A stretch of 64,000 nt of DNA from an uncultured delta proteobacterium. GTDB lineage: Bacteria > Myxococcota_A > Polyangia > Fen-1088. Position numbers and translations under genes: made by a program. Every line of letters begins with the position of its first letter. Positions within the stretch are counted from its first letter, which is position 1. The DNA lies in assembly GCA_963796685.1 (NCBI GenBank), contig CAWCMR010000020.1:45519-109518 (forward strand). The letters are read 5' to 3'. The notes beneath the pieces were generated by a model. The model worked only from the letters and a program-made list of their open reading frames with translations, made no database searches and was not told the origin of the DNA. Positions 38,885 through 48,981 of this stretch are shown one piece after another.

Positions 38885-39331
38885 GTGTTCGACTTCCTCC
38901 GCCATGGGCTGCACGACTTTCGAGCGCTGGGTTGGCCGGTCGGGCTGGCGCTCGGGCTGGGCGTGCCCTTGGCGTCCTTTCTCCTGGGCATGGCCCTGGT
39001 GGTCGGATTGCCGTCGGACTTCTTCGTGCGACCTCCCAAGCACCGGTGGCCATCCCATCCGATTTGCAGGCTTGCGCTGCTCGTGGGGAAGAATCTTCTC
39101 GGTTTGCTCGTGTTCGTGGCCGGATTCATCATGGCCTTGCCGCTCGTGCCAGGCCCCGGCGTTCTCTTCATGCTGGTGGGAATGGCGCTCGTGGATTTTC
39201 CCGGCAAGCGAGCCCTCGCGCGTAGACTCCTGTCCGAACGCCACGTGCTTTCGTCGGTCAACAGGATGCGGGCGCGCTTCGGCAAAGCTCCCATTCTGAC
39301 CAAGGATCGCGGGGGCCAGTCTTCCGGGTAA
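38885..39331 (+). CDS. PGPGW-type membrane protein
   Basis: LP.DFF, KNLLG...GFIM..VPGPGVL..LVG..LVDFPGKR, VNRMR.RFGK.P. Confidence 0.8.
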   Translation: MFDFLRHGLHDFRALGWPVGLALGLGVPLASFLLGMALVVGLPSDFFVRPPKHRWPSHPICRLALLVGKNLLGLLVFVAGFIMALPLVPGPGVLFMLVGMALVDFPGKRALARRLLSERHVLSSVNRMRARFGKAPILTKDRGGQSSG

Positions 39332-39353
39332 GAGCTGTGGTAGACAGCGGTTC

Positions 39354-39557
39354 ATGACTGGCAGTACCGCGTTCATGTGTTCCATGTGCCGCAAGCCCAT
39401 TCCGGTTGGTGGCAAGGTGATTCGGTGTTCGGTTTCCACGTGCAACTCGGGCAAGATCAAGCTCGTGTTCTGCTCGCCCGCGTGCTGGGATTCACACCTT
39501 CCCGATGCCCGCCATCGCAGCGCCTACTTCATCGAGGAGACTGCGCGCCGAGAGTGA
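39354..39557 (+). CDS. Small Cys-rich putative zinc-binding protein
   Basis: CSMCRKPI...CSVSTCN...FCSPACWDSH. Confidence 0.75.
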   Translation: MTGSTAFMCSMCRKPIPVGGKVIRCSVSTCNSGKIKLVFCSPACWDSHLPDARHRSAYFIEETARRE

Positions 39558-39685
39558 CGGCGAGGTTGCACCGCGGTGGCCCTGTGCGGCATCGCATGGT
39601 GATGCGACCAGCAGTGATGATGCAGTCACCGCTCCGACTCTAATTCGTTGGTTGTCTATGTTCTGAACAGTTTTGGAGGGCACAC

Positions 39686-40795
39686 ATGAACTCAAGGAAG
39701 CTCGGTTCGACCTTGCTGGTAACGCGAACATGGTTTGCATGCGCCGCGATCACGATGCTGGCCGTCTCAGGGTGTTCAAGCGATTCCACGCCGAAGAAGA
39801 ACGATGGCGGAGTTGGCGGGTCTGGTGGTTCGGGAACCATGACCACTGGCAAGGGCGGTTCCGGAGGGGCCGGCACGGGCGGGGTCACCACCAACGGGGG
39901 GGTAAGTGGCACCGGCGGAATCGGCGCAGGTGGAACCGGAGGTACGACGAAACTCGATGGTGGACCGGGTACGGGCGGTAGCCAGGTCGATGGCGGAGGC
40001 GGCGCGGGTGGCAATCCGGTTGACAGCGGCACGGGCGGCGCGGCCATCGACGGCCCGATGGACAAGCCGATCCCCAACGACCTGGAGATTGACACACCGA
40101 TTTCCAACGACGCGCCCGCGGATCTTCCGCCCGCGCTCGATACGCCTGGCGTAGACGGCGGTACCTGCGGCAACGCCGGTGAAGCCTGTTGTGCGGGCTC
40201 CACCTGCAACAGCGGCGGTTGCTGCGTGCCGGCCCGTACTGGCGGCGGAACCGAGTGCGTTGCCTCGGGCAGCGCCTGCACCGACGTGGGCGGCACCTGT
40301 TCCTCGGGCGCCTGCGTCGGCACCGATGCCGGAACTTGTGGCGGACCAGGCGATGAATGCTGCATCCGAACCGCTGGCGGCGGACCTGGCGGTGGTACCC
40401 GGATCTGCACAGGCGGCAACCTGACCTGCGGAACCGGCGATGCATCTCCCGGCATGTGCGAGGCCTGCGGTGAATTGGATCAGCCGTGCTGTGGCTCCAC
40501 CGCCAACAACAGAACCTGTACCGCCGCCAACACCGAGTGCACCGGAGCGGGCAACAATCGAACGGGCACTTGCACGGCTTGCGGTGGTAACGGCGAGGTC
40601 TGCTGCGGTGGTGCCACCTGTGGCGCGTCGCTCGTGTGTCGTGGCAACGGTGGCAATGCGGCTTGCGAGCCGTGCGGCGCCGCCGGTCAGCCCTGCTGTG
40701 GCACGGGCGTGCTGGCGAACCGAACCTGCGATGCGAACCTCAAGTGTACGCCGTCGGAGGCTGGTGGCGGCACGAACAACGCAAGGTGCGAATAG
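39686..40795 (+). CDS. Gly/Cys-rich surface lipoprotein
   Basis: GGAGG SD; lipobox VSGC; Gly-rich linker; repeated CG..G..CC modules. Confidence 0.85.
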   Translation: MNSRKLGSTLLVTRTWFACAAITMLAVSGCSSDSTPKKNDGGVGGSGGSGTMTTGKGGSGGAGTGGVTTNGGVSGTGGIGAGGTGGTTKLDGGPGTGGSQVDGGGGAGGNPVDSGTGGAAIDGPMDKPIPNDLEIDTPISNDAPADLPPALDTPGVDGGTCGNAGEACCAGSTCNSGGCCVPARTGGGTECVASGSACTDVGGTCSSGACVGTDAGTCGGPGDECCIRTAGGGPGGGTRICTGGNLTCGTGDASPGMCEACGELDQPCCGSTANNRTCTAANTECTGAGNNRTGTCTACGGNGEVCCGGATCGASLVCRGNGGNAACEPCGAAGQPCCGTGVLANRTCDANLKCTPSEAGGGTNNARCE

Positions 40796-40817
40796 TCCAG
40801 GTCTTCGCAACCTGATT

Positions 40818-40854
40818 CCCTAGGCCGAAGCTTCCAGGGAGCTTCGACCTAGGG
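40818..40854. terminator. Strong hairpin downstream of the lipoprotein gene
   Basis: CCCTAGG-C-CGAAGCTTCC...GGAGCTTCG-A-CCTAGGG; no U-tract. Confidence 0.55.
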
Positions 40855-40891
40855 CTGCTGTTCCGGATTCAGCGGCCCCGGCAGTGGTGCT

Positions 40892-41057
40892 CTAGGAGGC
40901 TGGTGTCAAACGGCTCCCGTCGCTTGGCGGGCTGCGGGCCCCGCCCGCTTCGTTGCTCGTCGGTTAAATACGTCCAGTATTCGCCCTCCTCGCGCCTCGC
41001 GGCCGGGGCTCCTCGCTCCGCCAGCGCTCGGTCCGCCATTTAACACCAGCCTCCTAG
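40892..41057. mobile_element. MITE-like non-autonomous element (166 bp including both CTAG)
   Basis: Terminal inverted repeats CTAGGAGGCTGGTGT(C/T)AAA(C/T)GGC (21/23 match); internal imperfect palindrome centred on AATAC-GTCCA-GTATT; the right CTAG contains the stop codon of the DUF481 gene. Confidence 0.85.
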
Positions 41058-42184
41058 AAGAAGGTGTAGATGAGGGTCGCTTCGGTGAGCGTGTCGACCT
41101 TGTCGGCGAATCCCAAGGTGAAGCCCGGCGCTGGCGTGGCCCCCGACGGGGTTCCGGCCGGCATGGGGCGCGGGGCCGGATTCTGGTCGTACTTGAGCGC
41201 GAAGCTGAACCCGAAGCTGAGCTGCTTGTAGAGATTCGTGGACAGTCCGACCTTCGCGTTCACGCGCGTGTCTTTGAAGGCTTTCACGCCGGGGTTTCCC
41301 GTGGCGACATCGATGGCCTTGCTTTCCTTGTTCAGGTTGAAGAGCGCCTCGACGCTGGCCGTGATGCCGGTTTCCTGGGTCAGCGACAGGGTCTCCCCGA
41401 CGAGAACGCGCGCCGAATGAATGGCAACCGGATCGAGGGTGCTATCGCTGGGCTGAACGTAGCGCTCGTACGAGAAGTCGTACCCGAGCTCGGCGACCAC
41501 GATGTTCCATTGGTCCTTCAGCACCTGCCGGCTGTAGCCGACCTGGCCGCCGCCATAGAACGTCTTGCCCGCGATCTTGTCCGCGGCAGCCTGGCCGCTG
41601 GCGTACGCCGTGTTGTGCTCGGTGATAAATCGATCGTAGCGTCCCTTGGCCGCCCAGTTGTTGGTGCTGACCACCTGCTCGCGATGGATGCCCGTGATTT
41701 GGTTCGTCGAGCTGTCGACGTTGGTGACCAGGGTCTGGCTTGTCCCATAGGCCAGGCCGCCCTCCAGGGCCAGCTTGTTGTTGCCCTCTTTTCGGGAAGC
41801 GTTCAGTCCGAAGGTGAAGTTCTTCGACTGCGAGTTGCCGCTGGTGATGAGCAGGCCGCCCTTGCTCTGCGCCTTCCACTCGACGGGATTCACGGGAGGC
41901 GTGGGCGGTGGCGGCGGGCTCGGGCAGGGAGGGGGGCAGTTGCACGTGGGCGCTGGCGCCGGCTTGGCCGCCTCGGTCGCGGGCGCGGTGTTGGCGGCCT
42001 CGTTGGCCGGCGCGGCGGGCGAGGCGGTTGGCGTTGTCGCAGCGGCAGCTTCGGGCTTGGGCGTCGCCTCGTCCTGCGCAAGCGCGCGACCGCTTGTCGG
42101 TGCAAGCGCCAGCAACGCCAAGGTGGCCGTCAGGATGGATTTTCGGGCCGAGGACGGAGAGGACGGAAGGGAATCTTGGGCCAT
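41054..42184 (-). CDS. DUF481 (YdiY-like) outer-membrane beta-barrel protein
   Basis: Signal peptide, Pro/Ala linker, W....GG...SGNS, GRYDRF, D..AG....GG.VGY, YDQNP, C-terminal LIYTFF. Confidence 0.85.
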   Translation of the reverse strand: MAQDSLPSSPSSARKSILTATLALLALAPTSGRALAQDEATPKPEAAAATTPTASPAAPANEAANTAPATEAAKPAPAPTCNCPPPCPSPPPPPTPPVNPVEWKAQSKGGLLITSGNSQSKNFTFGLNASRKEGNNKLALEGGLAYGTSQTLVTNVDSSTNQITGIHREQVVSTNNWAAKGRYDRFITEHNTAYASGQAAADKIAGKTFYGGGQVGYSRQVLKDQWNIVVAELGYDFSYERYVQPSDSTLDPVAIHSARVLVGETLSLTQETGITASVEALFNLNKESKAIDVATGNPGVKAFKDTRVNAKVGLSTNLYKQLSFGFSFALKYDQNPAPRPMPAGTPSGATPAPGFTLGFADKVDTLTEATLIYTFF

Positions 42185-42316
42185 GTTAGGTCTCCGATGG
42201 TGAGTTGCAGGGGGCTCATACGATGCAAAAAGGGCGTTCCGGTTACGAAAATCGTCCTTTGGGTCAAGGAAGGCCCCAGACTGTAGCGGCGATTTACGGC
42301 AACCGCCAGCCCGGTG

Positions 42317-43144
42317 TCAGACCCACGTCTCTCGCCGAATGCCGCCGTCGAGCGCGACCACGATGGCCTTGATCGGCACCTTGCGCTTGGCCCGCGACAC
42401 GGCCTCCTGGGCCAGCCTGAGCAAGCCCCCGCAGCACGGCACCTCCATGATCATCACGGAGAGGGTGTTGATCTCGGCCTCGTCGACCAGGGCGGTGAGC
42501 TTGTCGCGGTAGATGTCCATACCCTGGTCGAGCTTGGGGCAGGCGACCGCCAGCTTCTTGCCGGGCAGCCATGCCTGATTGAAGTCCGGCAGGGCAAAGG
42601 CCACGCAGTCGGCCGCCAGCAGCAGATCCGCGCCTTGAAACACCGGATTCATGGGCGAGATGAGGTGCAACTGCACCGGCCACTGGGCGAGCTGGCTGGT
42701 GAGACCGACCCGGTGGGCGGCGGCATCGGGGACGCGCACGAAGGATCGAGGCGCGGAACCCGGACAGCCCTGGTGGGCAATCTTCTCGCGGTACTCCGGC
42801 ACCGGGAGGCCAAGCTTCTCGAGATGGGCCAGCGCCTGGTCGAGGTAGGTGGTCTGGCCGTGCTCGTGCAGGTGCTTGAGATGGGCCCTGAGCGTGGCGG
42901 CGCCTTTGGGGATGATTCCGTCCAAGGTGGTTCGCTCGTCGTAGGCGGCGGCCTCGCGCCGCTCGACGGTGATGGCGCCCTGCGGGCACTCGCCCACGCA
43001 GGCCCCCAGGCCGTCGCAGGTGATTTCGCTGACCAGCCGCGCCTTGCCCTCGATCATCTGCAAGGCCCCCTCGGGGCAGCCCTCGCAGCAAATCCCGCAC
43101 CCGTCGCACTTGCTCTCGTCGATTCGAATGATCTGGCGCTCCAT
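42317..43144 (-). CDS. 4Fe-4S dicluster domain protein typical of anaerobes
   Basis: RQIIRIDESKCDGCGICCEGCPEGAL, CDGLGACVGECPQGAI, GCPGS, QWPVQLHL, AADC, CPKLD, MEVPCCGGL. Confidence 0.92.
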   Translation of the reverse strand: MERQIIRIDESKCDGCGICCEGCPEGALQMIEGKARLVSEITCDGLGACVGECPQGAITVERREAAAYDERTTLDGIIPKGAATLRAHLKHLHEHGQTTYLDQALAHLEKLGLPVPEYREKIAHQGCPGSAPRSFVRVPDAAAHRVGLTSQLAQWPVQLHLISPMNPVFQGADLLLAADCVAFALPDFNQAWLPGKKLAVACPKLDQGMDIYRDKLTALVDEAEINTLSVMIMEVPCCGGLLRLAQEAVSRAKRKVPIKAIVVALDGGIRRETWV

Positions 43145-43242
43145 CAGGTCCTCCACTGGAGCAGCATATAGGACAACTACGGTCTGCTTTCCAGTGTCGA
43201 CGCAAAGGCGCCGCGTGGCAATTGGCCTCGATGCGCGCAGAA

Positions 43243-44940
43243 TCAGCGAGGCGGCCGGGCCTTGGCGTGGGCTCGAAGTCCCTGGGCTTGCTGCCAATCT
43301 GCCGCGGCGGCGTCGGTCTCGCCCATGCGGCGGTACATGTTGGCTCGGTTCCTGTAGTAGTCCGCCTCGGTCGGCCGAAGCCGGATGGCCTCGCTTGCGT
43401 CGGCCACCGCTTCGGCCAGCCTGCCCAGCCGCACGTAGGTGATGGCGCGATCGTTGAAATACGCCGAGCGCCGCTTGGTCGCGTGCTCGGCACCGACCGG
43501 CGGGGTGTAGCTCAAGGCCGCGTCGTAGTCGGCGAGCGCGCGTTGGTAGTCGCCCTGCTCGAAGTAGTACGAGGCACGATTGTTGTATGCCTCGGTATTC
43601 CACGGCTCGTAGCGGATGACCTGGCTCCACAGGGTCTCGCTGTCGTGCCACACTGCCATCTGTCGGATCGACAGCAATGAAAGCACGCCGGGAGCGAGCG
43701 CCATCGCCAGCACCAGCGCCGCGGCCTGCCAGCGCGAGGCCAAGGCTCCCGCCTTGTTCCACAGGGCCGCGAACCCAGCGCCGCCGAGCAGCGAAAGCGC
43801 GACCGCGGGCAGGTAGGTATAGCGATCCGCCATGGCCTGCGGCCCGACCTGCACGATTCCCATGACCGGCAAGAGCATGAGGAGATAGCACGCGAGCGCG
43901 GTCAGCGCGGCCCGGCTCCGTCGCGCCATCCACGCGCATCCGACTACCAGCAGGACCAGCACCGCCACCGGAACGGCGAACCGCCACGAGGCCCAGGACA
44001 CGTCTTGCGGATACGAATAGAGCGGTAAGAGCTGCGACGGCCACAGGGTCTTGCCGAGGTAGCCTACCGTCGCGTGAACCGCCACCAGGGCCTTGGTCGC
44101 CAGGGGCACGCCGCGCATGGCGCGAAAGGCTCCCGCCGCGCGCTGGGCCTTCAGGGTGACGATGGCCGAGGCCGCGGCCAGGACCAGGAAGGGGATCTTT
44201 TCCGCGAGCAGTCGCCGGATTCGCGTGTGTGCGAGACGCTGCAAGGGATAGGCATCGAGAACGAGCAGCACGAGCGGGAAGCTCACGGCCATCGGCTTGC
44301 TAAGCAGGGCGAGCAAGAAGCAGGCGAGGGCGCCGGCGAAGAAACGCTTCCTGTCTCGGCCGGCGGACTCGCTGCTCGCCTCTTCCCTTTGTCCCCCGGC
44401 GTAGCGAAGGTAGCAGAGCAGGCCCGCCAGGTAGAACGCGGCGCACAGCAGATCCTTGCGTTCCGACACCCAGGCCACCGATTCCACGCGCAGCGGGTGC
44501 AGCCCCCACAGAAGGCCCGCCGCGATTCCCGCCACGATCTCGCGCGCGGCGCGCGCGGATCGGGCAGCCGGGCGCGCCCGGGCCAGCGCGCAGGAAAGCA
44601 CGACCACCAGACCGGCGTTGAGCCCGTGAAGCAGGATGCTGGTCAGGTGGTGTCCGAACGGGCGCATGCCCCACAGGGCGCAGTCGGCCGCGTGCGACAG
44701 CTCGGTGAGCGGGTGCCAGTTCCCGCTGGCGTGAACGCTGGTAAATGTCCCGAGCAGCGAGGTCAGGGTCAAATGGAGTAGGCGCGGATTGCGGTACACG
44801 TAGATGTCGTCGTCCCAACCGACGAACCCGTTGCGCAGGACCGGGCTGCAGACCACGCACACCAGCAGCGCGACGGCCAGGGCCGCGTGGCGGACGGAAA
44901 GCCTTCCGCCGTTCCCTTCTCTCTCCACCTGGCTCATCAT
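43243..44940 (-). CDS. TMTC-like GT-C glycosyltransferase with C-terminal TPRs
   Basis: GFVGWDD..YV..NP, NWHPLT, HPLRVESVAWVSERKDLL, LLSKPMAV, EKIPF, ADRYTYLP, W.DSETLW, TPR AYNNRA..ALADY. Confidence 0.9.
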   Translation of the reverse strand: MMSQVEREGNGGRLSVRHAALAVALLVCVVCSPVLRNGFVGWDDDIYVYRNPRLLHLTLTSLLGTFTSVHASGNWHPLTELSHAADCALWGMRPFGHHLTSILLHGLNAGLVVVLSCALARARPAARSARAAREIVAGIAAGLLWGLHPLRVESVAWVSERKDLLCAAFYLAGLLCYLRYAGGQREEASSESAGRDRKRFFAGALACFLLALLSKPMAVSFPLVLLVLDAYPLQRLAHTRIRRLLAEKIPFLVLAAASAIVTLKAQRAAGAFRAMRGVPLATKALVAVHATVGYLGKTLWPSQLLPLYSYPQDVSWASWRFAVPVAVLVLLVVGCAWMARRSRAALTALACYLLMLLPVMGIVQVGPQAMADRYTYLPAVALSLLGGAGFAALWNKAGALASRWQAAALVLAMALAPGVLSLLSIRQMAVWHDSETLWSQVIRYEPWNTEAYNNRASYYFEQGDYQRALADYDAALSYTPPVGAEHATKRRSAYFNDRAITYVRLGRLAEAVADASEAIRLRPTEADYYRNRANMYRRMGETDAAAADWQQAQGLRAHAKARPPR

Positions 44941-45144
44941 GAACACGCAAGCTGTACAAGAACCACAGAGCTGTCAAACCCCGATGTCATGCGGGCACCG
45001 GTGCGCACCGCGGGGAAAACGACCTGACGAGAGGAATCGACATGGCGAAGCAGGGCGGGATCGTTCTTGGTTGGTCCTTGAGCATACTCCTCCTCGGGTG
45101 TTCGGACTGACCTGGAACAACCGTAGCGATGGTATGTTCGAAGC

Positions 45145-47604
45145 ATGGGTCGCAAGACCAGCGCCTGCGTCTTTTTCGCCGTTCTTGCCAGCGCGCACGT
45201 GAATCCCACGGCGGCGCGCGCCGGTGTTGACGCCGCCGCGTCCGTCCCGAGCGATGCGGGCGCGTCTGCGACGCCGCACCCGGCCCCGGCTCCCCGTCCA
45301 GCGACAGCTTCGGCACTGCCGCCAGCGCTGACGGAAGGTATCGACAAGCTGGTGGCCGAGGCACTCGAGCAGGGAAAGCTCCCCGGCTGCGTCGTCGCCA
45401 TCGGCCGCGCCAGTGGCGTCGTCTACCAGAAGGCGTTCGGGTCGCGCGCGCTCTTGCCCGACAAGGAGGCGATGACCCTGGACACCATCTTCGACCTGGC
45501 CTCGCTGACCAAGCCCATCGCTACCGCGACGGCCCTGATGGTCCTCGTCGACCGGGGCAAGATCGACCTCGATCAGCGCGTCTCGCGCTACCTCCCCGAA
45601 TTCCGCGGCCACGGCAAGGAAGACATCTCCATTCGCCAGCTCCTGACCCACGTCTCGGGCCTGCCCGCAGAGACGCCGGTCGCCGACTTCGAGCAAGGCC
45701 GTTCCGCGGCCATGAAGCACATCTTGGCGCTTTCGCTCAAGGCGCCTCCCGGCACCAAGAGTATCTATTCGGACGTTGGCTTCCTTGTCCTCGAAGAGGT
45801 GATCCGTCGCGTGACCGGCAGCGACCTGGCTACGTTCGCAAGGACCAAGATCTTTCACCCACTCGGCATGGGCGAAACGGAATTCCTTCCCGCGGTCAAT
45901 TTGCGCCCGCGCATCGCCCCCACCGAGAAGCGCGGCGACGCGTGGATGCGCGGAGAGGTTCATGACCCGCGCGCCTATCGCCTGGGCGGTATCGCCGGGA
46001 ACGCCGGGCTGTTCTCGACGGCAAAGGATCTGGCCCGCTACGCGCGCATGGTCCTTGGGTCGGGCGCGCTCGACGGGGTGCGGGTGCTGTCCGCCGAGAC
46101 CATGCGCAAGATGCTGGCCCCGCACGACGTTCCGGGTGGCATTCGCGCCCTGGGGTGGGACATGCAATCCGCCTACTCGGCCAACCGCGGGACCGCCTTG
46201 TCGCGCCGGGCGGTCGGGCACGGGGGGTACACCGGCACCTCGCTGTGGATCGATCCGGAAGAGGATCTGTTCGTCATCTTCCTCAGCAATCGCGTTCACC
46301 CTGACGGCAAGGGTTCGATCAACGCGCTCGCGGGGGCCATCGCGACGCTGGCCGGCTCGACGCTCGCGCCGCCCGCGGCACCCGCCGAGGGCTCCCGGCT
46401 CGCGCTCGGCATCGACGTCCTCGCCGCTGAAGACTTCGCTCCTTTGCGCGGCCTGCGCTTCGCCTTGCTGACCAACGACAGTGCCCGCACGCGCGACGGC
46501 GTGCGCACCACCGACGTGCTGGCGGCCCGTCGCGATCTCTCGCTGGTGACCTTGCTCAGCCCCGAGCACGGTCTGTCGGCCAGTCGCGACGAGCGCATCG
46601 AGGATGGCGTCGATGCCAAGACCAAGCTCCCGGTCCGCAGCCTGTACGGCGGGTCGCTGGCGCCGCGAAGCACGCGTCCGACCGGGCCACGCTCGGTGTC
46701 CCTGCCGCCCGGAATCGACGCCGTGGTCGTCGATCTTCCCGACGTGGGCGTGCGCTTCTTCACCTATGCCTCCACCCTTCACGCCACCATGCGGGCTGCC
46801 GCGCAGCGCGGGCTCCGGGTCATCGTGCTCGACCGTCCCGACCCCATCGACGGCGTCGACGTGGCCGGGCCCATGCTGAGGCAAACCCAAATGTCAGCGG
46901 TAAACCATCACCCGTTGCCGATTCGCCACGGAATGACCATGGGCGAGCTGGCCGAGATGATGAACGCCGACGAGCACCTCGGGCTGAGGCTCGAGGTCGT
47001 GCGCATGACCGGTTACGACCGCCGCGCCTACTTCGATGAAACCGGGCTTGTGTGGTGGCCGCCTTCGCCAAACCTGCGCACCGTCGAGCAGGCGGTGCTC
47101 TATCCCGGTGTGGCGCTCCTCGAAGCCACGAACGTCTCGGTCGGGCGCGGCACGGACATGCCCTTCGAGGTCGTGGGCGCACCATGGATCGACGCTTCGG
47201 CGCTCGCCGCCGAGCTCGGCAAGGCCAGCCTTGCCGGTGTTTCGTTCAAGTCCATCGACTTCGTGCCCGCCGACAACCGGTACAAGGGCGTGCCCTGTCA
47301 CGGCGTGAGGATGCGTCTGAGCGATCGTTCAGCCTTCGACCCCGTGCATACGGGGATCGCGATAGCCCTCGCCTTGCGCAGGCTCCATGGCAAGGACTGG
47401 GACGCGTCGCATCTGCGGCGAATGCTGGGTGACCCGGTGGTGGCCCAGGCCGTTCTCGACCTGCGCCCGTGGCCCGAGATCGAGGCCCTGTTCAAGGAGG
47501 CTCTCGACGCCTTTCGCGTCAAGCGGGCGAAGTATTTGCTCTATGCGCTGTGGCCCAGTGGCGATGTCGCGGCGCCGCTCGACCGTGGCAACACGCGCCC
47601 GTAG
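45145..47604 (+). CDS. Exported serine hydrolase (beta-lactamase/AmiE-like) fused to NamZ (DUF1343) exo-beta-N-acetylmuramidase
   Basis: FDLASLTK (SxxK), LLTH.SGL, YSD, GEVHDP, GNAGLFS, GHGGYTG; then LGIDVL, LLTN, SPEHG, SLYG, D.G.RFFTY, VLDRP.P, RHGMTMGELA, PSPN, SVGRGT..PFE. Confidence 0.92.
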   Translation: MGRKTSACVFFAVLASAHVNPTAARAGVDAAASVPSDAGASATPHPAPAPRPATASALPPALTEGIDKLVAEALEQGKLPGCVVAIGRASGVVYQKAFGSRALLPDKEAMTLDTIFDLASLTKPIATATALMVLVDRGKIDLDQRVSRYLPEFRGHGKEDISIRQLLTHVSGLPAETPVADFEQGRSAAMKHILALSLKAPPGTKSIYSDVGFLVLEEVIRRVTGSDLATFARTKIFHPLGMGETEFLPAVNLRPRIAPTEKRGDAWMRGEVHDPRAYRLGGIAGNAGLFSTAKDLARYARMVLGSGALDGVRVLSAETMRKMLAPHDVPGGIRALGWDMQSAYSANRGTALSRRAVGHGGYTGTSLWIDPEEDLFVIFLSNRVHPDGKGSINALAGAIATLAGSTLAPPAAPAEGSRLALGIDVLAAEDFAPLRGLRFALLTNDSARTRDGVRTTDVLAARRDLSLVTLLSPEHGLSASRDERIEDGVDAKTKLPVRSLYGGSLAPRSTRPTGPRSVSLPPGIDAVVVDLPDVGVRFFTYASTLHATMRAAAQRGLRVIVLDRPDPIDGVDVAGPMLRQTQMSAVNHHPLPIRHGMTMGELAEMMNADEHLGLRLEVVRMTGYDRRAYFDETGLVWWPPSPNLRTVEQAVLYPGVALLEATNVSVGRGTDMPFEVVGAPWIDASALAAELGKASLAGVSFKSIDFVPADNRYKGVPCHGVRMRLSDRSAFDPVHTGIAIALALRRLHGKDWDASHLRRMLGDPVVAQAVLDLRPWPEIEALFKEALDAFRVKRAKYLLYALWPSGDVAAPLDRGNTRP

Positions 47605-47618
47605 ACTTTCCCTCGGTC

Positions 47619-48794
47619 ATGTCTTCGATTTCCGAGTCGCCGCTCTCGCTTTCGATTCTTGCCGGCGTCACCGAGGTTTCGGCGACGGCGTGGGACGCGC
47701 TGGTGGATGACGACGATCCCTTTCTCGAGCACGCCTTTCTGGCCGCGCTGGAACGGTCGGGAAGCGTGGGGCCGGGGACCGGCTGGGAGCCGCGCATTCT
47801 CGTTGCCCGGCAGGACGGACATCTGGTCGGCGCCGTGCCGCTCTACCTCAAAGACGATAGCATGGGTGAATTCATCTGGGACTTCGCTTGGGCGCATGGT
47901 TCGCACGGCGCCGGCATTCCCTATTATCCCAAGCTGGTCGCCGCCGTCCCCTTTACCCCCGCGTCGAGCCACCGCCTGATGGTTCACCCCAAGGCCGATC
48001 GCGCGCGCGTGGCCCGCGTGCTGGCTCAAGGGCTGCGCGAGGTGGCCGAGGAAACGGACGCCTCTTCGATCCACGTGCTCTTCTGCCGGGAGGAGGAATT
48101 GGCGGAGCTGGCGCCCGCGGGGTTCGTGCCGCGCGCAAGCTACCAGTTTCATTGGAACAATCGCTCCGAGAAGCACACGAGCTTCGACGACTATCTGGGG
48201 ACGTTTCGTTCGCGCGTGCGCAAGCAGGTTCGTCACGAGCGCGCCGTGGTTGGCGACTACGGTCTGCGCATCGAGACCTTGTCGGGAAGCGAGCTGGACG
48301 ACCGCGGCTGGCGGGCCCTCGACCGCTTCTATCGCTCCACGGTCGACCGCTATGGCAACGTGGCGTCGCTGACCCCGGCATTCTTCACCGAGCTTCGCCG
48401 CACCCACGCCGACCGCTTGTTGGCCGTGCTCGCCTACCGCGGCGACGAGCCCATCGCGGCCACCACCAATTTCACGCGCGGGGATCGGCTCTTCGGTCGC
48501 TACTGGGGAAGCGCAGAGCACCTGCCCATGCTGCACTTCGAGCTGTGTTTCTACCGCCTGATCGAGCACGCCATCGCGCATCGCCTGACGGTCTTCGAGG
48601 GCGGTGCCGGCGGCGAGCAGAAGCTGGCACGCGGGCTTCTGCCGCGGCGGACCTTCAGTGCCCACTGGATTCGCCATCGTGGGCTGGCCCAGGCCGTGGG
48701 CGACTACATCGTGCGCGAGGCCGCGGCCGTGCAGGCGGAGATCCACGCGTGTCTGGACCATTCGCCATTCGCGCGCGCCCGGTCATCGCCGTGA
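47619..48794 (+). CDS. FemAB-like / DUF482 GNAT-fold protein
   Basis: PFLEHAFL.ALE.SGS, PLYLK..SMGEF.WD..WA, YYPKL..VPFTP, LFGRYWG, LHFELCFY, FEGGA.GE.KL.RG. Confidence 0.92.
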   Translation: MSSISESPLSLSILAGVTEVSATAWDALVDDDDPFLEHAFLAALERSGSVGPGTGWEPRILVARQDGHLVGAVPLYLKDDSMGEFIWDFAWAHGSHGAGIPYYPKLVAAVPFTPASSHRLMVHPKADRARVARVLAQGLREVAEETDASSIHVLFCREEELAELAPAGFVPRASYQFHWNNRSEKHTSFDDYLGTFRSRVRKQVRHERAVVGDYGLRIETLSGSELDDRGWRALDRFYRSTVDRYGNVASLTPAFFTELRRTHADRLLAVLAYRGDEPIAATTNFTRGDRLFGRYWGSAEHLPMLHFELCFYRLIEHAIAHRLTVFEGGAGGEQKLARGLLPRRTFSAHWIRHRGLAQAVGDYIVREAAAVQAEIHACLDHSPFARARSSP

Positions 48795-48981
48795 TGCTGT
48801 GACGGTCACTACATGCCCTGCCGCGCCAAGGGTCCCGGTCCGATTGTCGAGCGCGACCCGCCGAATTCCGTAGCAATCACGCAGGCGATGCTTGCTATAC
48901 TCGCGCCCAGAGCGCGGGACAACGCCTATCGCGGGTTGCTACCGAGTCCTTGTTTCTCGAAGTGATGAGGGGACTATTCCA

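Noticed and set aside
42317-44044. 575-aa extended ferredoxin ORF
   Set aside because: The upstream part overlaps the TMTC-like gene in another frame; the real start is ATG 43144 after GGAGGA.
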